24,000 nt of DNA from Gallaecimonas sp. GXIMD1310 (GTDB lineage Bacteria > Pseudomonadota > Gammaproteobacteria > Enterobacterales > Gallaecimonadaceae), in contig NZ_CP149514.1 of assembly GCF_045291545.1 (NCBI RefSeq), forward strand, positions 2,690,802-2,714,801. Direction: 5' to 3'. The notes beneath the pieces are model-generated. The model ran no database searches. It saw only the letters and a program-made list of their open reading frames with translations, and was not told the origin of the DNA. Positions 16,339-24,000 of this stretch are shown here, in pieces (within the stretch, counting starts at the first letter, position 1; the number at the start of each line of letters is the position of its first letter). The position numbers and the translations under genes were made by a program.

Positions 16339-16941
16339 ATGCCGTTCCCGCAACTGTTGCAGGCCCTGGCCGAAACCGGAGCCAACCGGCTGCTGAAGTT
16401 TGACCCGGCCAGTCAGCGCCGTCTGACTCGGCTGGCTGGCAAAGCTATTCTGGTTCGCTTCAGTGATCTCAAGCTGAGCCTTGGCTTTACTGCCACGACC
16501 GATGGCCTGCTGGTTACCGGCGACTTGGCAGCCCCCGATGCTACCGTCGAGCTGCCGCTGGCGGCCGCCAGCGAACTGACCGACAGCGCCAATATTCCCC
16601 GTGCCATTCGCGAAGGCCACCTGCAACTGGACGGTGACCCGATGCTGCTCAAGCAGTTCTCGGAGCTGTTCGCCAAACTGGATGTGGATTGGGAAGGAGA
16701 GCTGGCCCGCTATCTTGGCGATGTACCTTCGCACCTGGCGTTTAGCGCCGTGCGCAAAATCACAACAGCAGGCTATAAGGCCTTCAGCCAGTTTGCCCGT
16801 TGGGGCGCGGAACAGCTCACCGAAGAAAGTCGCCTGACCCCCAGCCGATTGGAACAGCAGACTTTTTTTGACGCTGTGGACGATCTGAAAAGTGATACCG
16901 CCCAACTGGAACGCCGGCTGGCCCGGCTGGAGCAGTTATGA
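16339..16941 (+). CDS. ubiJ: Ubiquinone biosynthesis accessory factor UbiJ (SCP2-domain, YigP-like)
   Basis: Its position between ubiE and ubiB and its ~200-aa length fit UbiJ. It is collinear with E. coli UbiJ: MPF... start, a GxLxLxGD-type segment ([17 protein letters not shown]), and a C-terminal coiled-coil ([10 protein letters not shown]). The ATG at 16339 is 1 nt after the ubiE TGA. Confidence 0.85.
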   Translation: MPFPQLLQALAETGANRLLKFDPASQRRLTRLAGKAILVRFSDLKLSLGFTATTDGLLVTGDLAAPDATVELPLAAASELTDSANIPRAIREGHLQLDGDPMLLKQFSELFAKLDVDWEGELARYLGDVPSHLAFSAVRKITTAGYKAFSQFARWGAEQLTEESRLTPSRLEQQTFFDAVDDLKSDTAQLERRLARLEQL

Positions 16942-18554
16942 CCACCTTGCGGCTATATAAGGTATTGAAAACACTGCTCAATCACGGCGTTGATGAGCTG
17001 GTGCCACGGCGCCTGTGGCCTTGGTATATGCGCCTTTGGCGGCTGTCTTTGTTCTGGATCCCCAACCGCCACAAGAAAACGCCCCGTGGGGCGCGGCTAC
17101 GCCTGGCGTTTGAAGCGCTGGGGCCGGTTTACATCAAATTCGGGCAGATGCTTTCTACCCGCCGCGACCTGCTACCAGAAGACATGGCAGCAGAGCTGAC
17201 CCGGCTGCAAGACAAGGTGCCGCATTTCCCCGGTAAAGCGGCGCGGGCCAGTATCGAGCAGTCACTGGGTGGCCCGCTGGAAAACTGGTTCAGTGATTTT
17301 GACGAACAGCCACTGGCGTCAGCATCCATTGCCCAGGTCCATACCGCCCGCCTCAAAGACAGCGGCCAGGATGTGGTGTTGAAAGTCATCCGCCCCGGCA
17401 TTCGCAAGATCATGGAAGCTGACGCCGGGCTGATGAACACCTTTGCCGCCATTGCCGCCAAAGTGCTGCCAGACGGGCGCCGCCTGAAACCCAAAGAAGT
17501 GGTTCGGGAATACCAGAAAACCCTGTTCGACGAGCTGGACTTGATGCGCGAGGCTGCCAATGCCATTCAGCTGCGGCGCAACTTCGAAGGTTCCGATTCA
17601 CTCTATGTGCCGGAAGTCTATTCCGATCTGTGCCGCAAGCGGCTGCTGGTGATGGAACGGATCTACGGTATTCCGGTGGCCGACGTCGCTACCTTGCGCC
17701 AGCACGGCGTCAATCTGGAAAGGCTGGCGGAAAAAGGCGTAGAGGTGTTTTTCACGCAGGTTTTTCGCGATTCGTTTTTCCATGCCGATATGCACCCGGG
17801 TAATATCTTTGTGTCTTATGACAACCCGCAAAATCCGCAATATATCGGTATTGACTGCGGCATTGTCGGCACGCTGGCCAAGGAAGATAAACGCTATCTG
17901 GCAGAAAATTTCGTGGCCTTTTTCAATCGCGATTACCGCAAGGTGGCACAACTGCACGTGGATTCCGGCTGGGTGCCCTATGACACCAGTATCGACGAAT
18001 TTGAAATGGCCATTCGTACCGTCTGCGAGCCGATTTTTGAAAAGCCGCTGGCAGAAATTTCCTTTGGCCAGGTTTTGGTAAACCTCTTTAACACCGCCCG
18101 GCGCTTCAATATGGAAGTGCAGCCGCAACTGGTGTTACTGCAAAAAACCCTGCTTTACATTGAAGGGCTGGGCCGCCAGCTCTATCCGCAGCTGGATCTG
18201 TGGAAAACAGCCAAACCCTTTTTGGAAGACTGGCTGAAAGAACAGATGGGCCCGAAAGCGATGTTGCGGCAGATAAAATCCAACCTGCCGTTCTGGGGCG
18301 AGAAACTGCCGGAACTGCCGGATCTGCTTTATGACAACCTGCGCCTGGCCCGGCAATGGCAGCAGCAAGCCAGCCTGCGCCACCAGCAGGCCGAGCAGCA
18401 GCAACAGCGTCAACGCCAACAGCAAAGCTGGCAATTACTGGCAGTCACCTTGCTGATCGGTGCCGCTATATTACTGGGCAAAACACTGTGGTACTGGCCA
18501 ACGCTGGCTGCTCTGGCTGGCATAGGTGCCTGGATAAAGGCGCTGCGAAATTAA
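16938..18554 (+). CDS. ubiB: Ubiquinone biosynthesis protein kinase-like UbiB (ABC1/ADCK family)
   Basis: [54 protein letters not shown] and two C-terminal TM segments. The start overlaps the ubiJ stop (ATGA at 16938). Confidence 0.95.
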   Translation: MTTLRLYKVLKTLLNHGVDELVPRRLWPWYMRLWRLSLFWIPNRHKKTPRGARLRLAFEALGPVYIKFGQMLSTRRDLLPEDMAAELTRLQDKVPHFPGKAARASIEQSLGGPLENWFSDFDEQPLASASIAQVHTARLKDSGQDVVLKVIRPGIRKIMEADAGLMNTFAAIAAKVLPDGRRLKPKEVVREYQKTLFDELDLMREAANAIQLRRNFEGSDSLYVPEVYSDLCRKRLLVMERIYGIPVADVATLRQHGVNLERLAEKGVEVFFTQVFRDSFFHADMHPGNIFVSYDNPQNPQYIGIDCGIVGTLAKEDKRYLAENFVAFFNRDYRKVAQLHVDSGWVPYDTSIDEFEMAIRTVCEPIFEKPLAEISFGQVLVNLFNTARRFNMEVQPQLVLLQKTLLYIEGLGRQLYPQLDLWKTAKPFLEDWLKEQMGPKAMLRQIKSNLPFWGEKLPELPDLLYDNLRLARQWQQQASLRHQQAEQQQQRQRQQQSWQLLAVTLLIGAAILLGKTLWYWPTLAALAGIGAWIKALRN

Positions 18555-18599
18555 CCATGAGGCGTATAATGACGCCCAAACAATGTGCAAGGACATCCC

Positions 18600-18854
18600 A
18601 TGGGTAATATCGGTTTCTGGCAACTTCTGATCCTGCTGGCAGTGGTATTGGTCATTTTTGGCACCAAACGCTTCAAAAATATCGGTTCCGATCTCGGCGA
18701 CGCCATCAAAGGCTTCAAAAAAGCCATGCGTGACGATGACAAGGATGAAGACAAAGCCTCACTGCAGGAGCAAAAGCCCGACGCGCAGTTCACCGACACG
18801 CCAAACGAAGAACAAAACAAAGAAAAACAGAAGGCTGACAAGGACCCGCACTGA
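18600..18854 (+). CDS. tatA: Twin-arginine translocase subunit TatA
   Basis: MGNIGFWQLLILLAVVLVIFGTKRFKNIGSDLGDAIKGFKKAM closely parallels E. coli TatA. The ATG at 18600 has AAGGA 7 nt upstream; the track's GTG at 18585 adds 5 unlikely residues. Confidence 0.95.
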   Translation: MGNIGFWQLLILLAVVLVIFGTKRFKNIGSDLGDAIKGFKKAMRDDDKDEDKASLQEQKPDAQFTDTPNEEQNKEKQKADKDPH

Positions 18855-19174
18855 TGTTTGACATCGGCTTCTGGGAACTGCTGTTGCTGGCCGTGGTGGC
18901 ACTGGTGGTGCTGGGGCCGGAGCGCATGCCGGCGGCTGCCCGAACCCTCGGCCGTTGGGTGCGTACAATCAAGGGCATGGCCCGGCAGGTGCAGGACGAG
19001 CTGGAACGGGAGCTGGAGAGCCAACAGCGCAATGACAGCATGAAAAAAGCCGACCAGCTGGGGGCCGAAAATCTGTCAGCTGAACAACGTCAGCAAGTCG
19101 ATGAGATGAAACGCAGCGCCGAAGAGCTGGACCGCCCCTACGCCAACAAGGACAAGCCTGAGCACCATGACTGA
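18854..19174 (+). CDS. tatB: Twin-arginine translocase subunit TatB
   Basis: MFDIGFWELLLLAVVALVVLGPERMPAAARTLGRWVRTIKG is the TatB signature (FDIGF, GPERLP-like). The ATG overlaps the tatA TGA (TGATG). At 106 aa it is shorter than E. coli TatB. Confidence 0.9.
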   Translation: MFDIGFWELLLLAVVALVVLGPERMPAAARTLGRWVRTIKGMARQVQDELERELESQQRNDSMKKADQLGAENLSAEQRQQVDEMKRSAEELDRPYANKDKPEHHD

Positions 19175-19901
19175 CATGCCACTACTGCACCACCTGCTGG
19201 AGCTGCGCAGCCGTCTGCTGCGGGCACTGACGGCAGTAGGGCTGGTTCTGCTGGTACTGGTGTTCTTTGCCAAGGATCTCTACCACCACCTGGCATTACC
19301 GTTGATAGCGCAATTGCCCAAGGGCAGTTCAATGATTGCCACCGACGTCACCTCGCCATTTTTCACGCCCTTCAAGTTGGCACTGGTGCTGTCTTTTTTT
19401 GTGGCCATGCCGGCGGTGCTGTATCAGATCTGGGCCTTCGTTGCGCCGGGCTTGTACCGCCAGGAAAAGCGGCTGGTGGCACCGCTACTGCTGGCCAGTA
19501 GCTTACTGTTTTATGCCGGCATCGCTTTTGCCTACTATGTTGTTTTTCCGGTCATTTTTGCGTTTTTCACGTCTGTGGCACCGGCCGGTGTGACCATTGC
19601 CACGGATATTGCCAGCTACCTGGATTTTGTTCTAAAGCTGTTTTTTGCCTTCGGCCTGGCCTTTGAGATCCCCATTATTGTGATGCTGCTGTGCTATAGC
19701 GGCATCACCGATATTCAAACGCTGTCAGCCAAACGCCCTTATGTCATTGTTATTGCCTTTGCACTGGGCATGCTGCTGACCCCCCCTGATGTCATCTCAC
19801 AAACCCTGCTGGCCGTTCCAATGTGGCTGCTGTATGAATCCGGGCTCCTGATGGCCCGGCTGCTGCTGCCAAAGCGCCCAGCCAACGAGGAAAGCTCATG
19901 A
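19167..19901 (+). CDS. tatC: Twin-arginine translocase subunit TatC
   Basis: It has the six-TM TatC pattern: LLHHLLELRSRLLRAL, FFTPFKLALVLSFFVAMPAVLYQIWAFVAPGLYRQEKR, TPPDVISQ. It overlaps tatB by 8 nt. An alternative ATG at 19176 cannot be excluded. Confidence 0.93.
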   Translation: MTDMPLLHHLLELRSRLLRALTAVGLVLLVLVFFAKDLYHHLALPLIAQLPKGSSMIATDVTSPFFTPFKLALVLSFFVAMPAVLYQIWAFVAPGLYRQEKRLVAPLLLASSLLFYAGIAFAYYVVFPVIFAFFTSVAPAGVTIATDIASYLDFVLKLFFAFGLAFEIPIIVMLLCYSGITDIQTLSAKRPYVIVIAFALGMLLTPPDVISQTLLAVPMWLLYESGLLMARLLLPKRPANEESS

Positions 19902-20406
19902 AACGCTTGGTTCTGCCCCTGCTGTTACTGGCCTTTGGTGCCAATGCTTCCGTACAAGACAAACTGGCCCAGTGTGCCCAGCTCACTGACAACGGTCTGC
20001 GCCTGGCCTGCTACGACGCCCTGGCCAAACAGGTAAAAAGTGGTGAACCGGCGCCGGTAGCGAAGGGCGCCAGCCAGCAAACCAGCAAAGCCATTGGCCG
20101 TCCAGAAGTGGTCGCTACCACCGAAGACATGAAGGCCCGTGCCGCCGCCAACTTTGGTATGGAAGAGAAAGTACAGGAAAAACAGAGCCTGGATCAGATC
20201 ACCGCGGTAGTGGTGAGCATCAAGAAAAACCCCTACGGGCGCCTTACCGTGGTGCTGAACAACGACCAGGTCTGGCAACAAATCAGCGGCGGTTACAGCG
20301 GCATCCGTAGCGGCGACAAAGTGATCCTGAAAAAGGGCATTTTTGGCGCTGTTTACATGCGTAAAGACGGTGAAAACCGTAGCATCAGCGTTAAGCGTGA
20401 GAAGTA

Positions 20407-20407
<1 letters not shown>
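19898..20407 (+). CDS. Uncharacterised exported protein encoded between tatC and tatD
   Basis: The 169-codon ORF has GAGGA 6 nt upstream of its ATG. That ATG overlaps the tatC stop (ATGA), and its TAA overlaps the tatD ATG (TAATG). It has a Sec-type signal peptide MKRLVLPLLLLAFGANA, a Cys-X11-Cys segment (CAQLTDNGLRLACYD), a low-complexity linker and a beta-rich C-terminal ~70 aa. I recognise no family. Confidence 0.7.
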
Positions 20408-22213
<1,806 letters not shown>

Positions 22214-22278
22214 TAATCCTTTAAGATAGGCCCGCCATTATGGCGTGTTATCCCTTTTAAACCCTTTCGAGGCTGTTG

Positions 22279-22998
22279 ATGAAACTGTCCGTCGTGATTC
22301 CTGCCAAAAATGAGGCAGATAACTTGCCGGGGCTGCTGGCCGAAATTGCTGCCAGCCTGCAGGAGCAAGCTTTTGAAGTCATCGTCATTGACGATGCATC
22401 CGAAGACAACAGCTGGGCGCTGCTCAACGAACTCAAACAACAATATCCGTGGCTCAGAGCCCTGCGCTTTGCCCGTTCCTGTGGCCAGAGCACAGCCATC
22501 TGGCACGGCGGCCGCGCCGCCCTTGGCGATTATGTCGTAACCATTGATGGTGATGGTCAGAATGACCCGGCTGATATTCCGGCCCTGCTGGCCACCGCCG
22601 AAGCCGCACAAGGCAACTCGTTGTTGTGTGTTTGCGGTATTCGTACCCGCCGTAACGACAGCTGGGGCAAACTGATGATGTCGCGCATCGCCAATGGTGT
22701 ACGCCGCCGACTGCTCAATGATGACGTTGTTGATACCGGTTGTGGCCTGAAACTGATCAGCCGCGAGCTGTTCCACATGCTGCCGTACTTCAACCACATG
22801 CACCGTTATTTCCCAGCCTTATCCAAGCGTGCCGGAGCCCAGGTACTCAGTCAGTCGGTCAATCACCGTGCCCGTACGGCCGGTACGTCCAAGTACGGCC
22901 TGAATAACCGTCTGTGGGTAGGCTTGGTTGATATCTTTGGTGTGCGCTGGCTACAAAAGCGGGCGAAGATCCCGACGCTGACTGAGGAATTAAAATGA
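22279..22998 (+). CDS. Family-2 glycosyltransferase, polyprenyl-phosphate sugar synthase-like (ArnC/GtrB/DPM1-like)
   Basis: KLSVVIPAKNEADNLPGLL, EVIVIDDASEDNS, the DxD-type motif VTIDGDGQNDPADIP, and NDDVVDTGCGLKL. The ATG at 22279 is 6 nt after GAGG; the track starts one codon earlier at a TTG. At 239 aa it appears to lack the C-terminal TM hairpin of ArnC/GtrB. Confidence 0.85.
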   Translation: MKLSVVIPAKNEADNLPGLLAEIAASLQEQAFEVIVIDDASEDNSWALLNELKQQYPWLRALRFARSCGQSTAIWHGGRAALGDYVVTIDGDGQNDPADIPALLATAEAAQGNSLLCVCGIRTRRNDSWGKLMMSRIANGVRRRLLNDDVVDTGCGLKLISRELFHMLPYFNHMHRYFPALSKRAGAQVLSQSVNHRARTAGTSKYGLNNRLWVGLVDIFGVRWLQKRAKIPTLTEELK

Positions 22999-23261
22999 AA
23001 GAGAACCTGTGGCTAGCCGTCGGCTTTGCTGGCCAACTGTTGTTTTCTGCCCGCTTCTTGCTGCAGTGGCTGGCCAGTGAAAAAGCCAAGCAGAGCGTTG
23101 TACCGAAAGCTTTTTGGTATTTTTCGCTGGGTGGCTCTTCCTTGCTGTTGTGCTACGCGCTGTATCGCCAGGATCCGGTATTTATTCTCGGCCAAGGAGC
23201 CGGCCTTGCCATTTATCTGCGTAATCTGCAGCTGATCAAGGCGCATGAAAGCAAGAACTGA
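22995..23261 (+). CDS. Small membrane protein with a lipid-A-biosynthesis N-terminal (LAB_N) domain
   Basis: The 88-aa protein has about 3 TM segments. GFAGQLLFSARFLLQWLASEKAKQSVVPKAFWYFSLGGSSLLLCYALYRQDPVFILGQGAGLAIYLRNL matches my memory of the LAB_N (PF07578) consensus. The start overlaps the GT2 stop (ATGA). Confidence 0.75.
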   Translation: MKENLWLAVGFAGQLLFSARFLLQWLASEKAKQSVVPKAFWYFSLGGSSLLLCYALYRQDPVFILGQGAGLAIYLRNLQLIKAHESKN

Positions 23262-24000
23262 ATACCGTTTGGGTTGGCTACTGCTAATCATCGTTGTCCT
23301 CGCAGGCCTCGGCCTGCGCTGGCCTTGGCCTGCTGATGAACCCCGCTTTGCTCTGATTGCCCAGGAAATGGTCAATACCGGCCATTGGCTGATCCCGCAC
23401 CGGGTCGGTGAACTTTACCCAGATAAACCACCTATCTTCATGTGGGCCATTGCTGTTTTGCTGTGGCTGAAAGTGCCTCTGAAAGTCGCTTTTTTACTGC
23501 CATCAGCCCTGGCCGGGCTGGCAACTGTGGCTTTAACGGTTGACTTGGCCAAACGGTTATTCGGCCAGGATGTTGCCACTAAAACTCTCTGGCTACTGGC
23601 TTTTACCCTGCAACTGACGCTGCAGGCCAAAACCGCCCAAATTGATATGCTGGTGGTCTTTTGGATCACCCTGGGCACTTATGGGCTGCTACGGCATTTA
23701 CTATTAGGCCCCGCCTGGAGCTGGTATTTCCTCGGCTTTGCCGCCGCAGGCTTTGGGGTGATCACCAAAGGGGTAGGTGTTCTGGCGCTGTTTGCCTTAC
23801 TGCCCCTGTTATGGCGCCCGGATCTGCGAGCCCGCCTGGACAAGCGAGCTTGGCTTGGGCCACTGATGCTGCTGGCCGCCATTGCAACCTGGGGGCTGCC
23901 GATGCTGTGGTACGCCGCCCACAGCGCCAACCCGGAAGCCGTTGCCTATCGCGACAATATTCTGTTTAACCAAACCGCAAACCGCTACGTACACTCACTG
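23245..24000 (+). CDS. Family-39 (GT-C fold, ArnT/PMT-like) glycosyltransferase, 5' partial (runs off the window)
   Basis: It is absent from the ORF track because no stop is reached. I translated by hand from the ATG at 23245 and got 252 codons with no stop: MKARTEYRLGWLLLIIVVLAGLGLRWPWPADEPRFALIAQEMVNTGHWLIPHRVGELYPDKPPIFMW... This has the DE(P)R...YxDKPP periplasmic-loop signature of ArnT-like enzymes and is polytopic. It overlaps the LAB_N gene by 17 nt. Confidence 0.8.
   Translation, partial: MKARTEYRLGWLLLIIVVLAGLGLRWPWPADEPRFALIAQEMVNTGHWLIPHRVGELYPDKPPIFMWAIAVLLWLKVPLKVAFLLPSALAGLATVALTVDLAKRLFGQDVATKTLWLLAFTLQLTLQAKTAQIDMLVVFWITLGTYGLLRHLLLGPAWSWYFLGFAAAGFGVITKGVGVLALFALLPLLWRPDLRARLDKRAWLGPLMLLAAIATWGLPMLWYAAHSANPEAVAYRDNILFNQTANRYVHSL

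Noticed and set aside
15480-16385. A 301-aa ORF on the minus strand covers all of ubiE and ends 12 nt upstream of the ptrB start codon, which makes it look like a ptrB operon partner.
   Set aside because: It is exactly antisense to a highly conserved ubiE and in the same codon register (15588-15480=108, divisible by 3). In that register antisense stops arise only from sense TTA/CTA/TCA codons, which this GC-rich genome avoids, so long open antisense frames are expected by chance. The translation is Gly/Ala/Val/His/Gln-rich with no recognisable motifs.
18854-19174. TatB is only 106 aa, against about 171 aa in E. coli, which raises the possibility of truncation or a pseudogene.
   Set aside because: The conserved N-terminal TM helix and amphipathic helix are intact, and the variable C-terminal tail is known to be dispensable and variable in length. 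The reading frame ends in a clean overlap with tatC, so there is no evidence of a frameshift.
23013-23375. A 120-aa minus-strand ORF overlaps the LAB_N/GT39 junction.
   Set aside because: It is antisense to two overlapping, well-supported membrane-protein genes. Its translation is Arg/Gln/Ala-rich and not membrane-like. It is another shadow ORF.

Overview
This is a moderately GC-rich gammaproteobacterial chromosomal window; the gene order and protein sequences look Aeromonadales-like, but that is only an impression. I support 23 protein-coding genes. I found no rRNA, tRNA, CRISPR array, transposase, integrase or phage genes. The left half (1-15.5 kb) is a mixed set of independent transcription units. 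It holds a LysR regulator divergent from an emrAB-type MFS efflux pair, a DUF885 lipoprotein, and a two-repeat permease with a native C-terminal His6. It also holds an exported CocE/NonD (S15) hydrolase, a membrane-anchored CPFC glutaredoxin-fold protein, and a two-HKD phospholipase D/ClsC-like protein. The remaining genes are a YcgM-like FAH-family enzyme, an HDOD(+GAF-like) protein and oligopeptidase B. The right half (15.6-24 kb) is a single co-directional, tightly coupled housekeeping array: ubiE-ubiJ-ubiB-tatA-tatB-tatC-(unknown secreted ORF)-tatD-hemB. It is followed by a GT2 / LAB_N small membrane protein / GT39 (ArnT-like, truncated by the window end) cassette. I do not see a clear-cut novel system such as a defence island. 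The best second-look candidates are the GT2-LAB_N-GT39 glycosylation module, the uncharacterised Sec-signal protein translationally coupled inside the tat operon, the His6-tailed permease, and an SD-sequestering 10-bp inverted repeat upstream of the DUF885 gene. The many long antisense ORFs in the six-frame track are codon-registered shadows of the real genes and are rejected.
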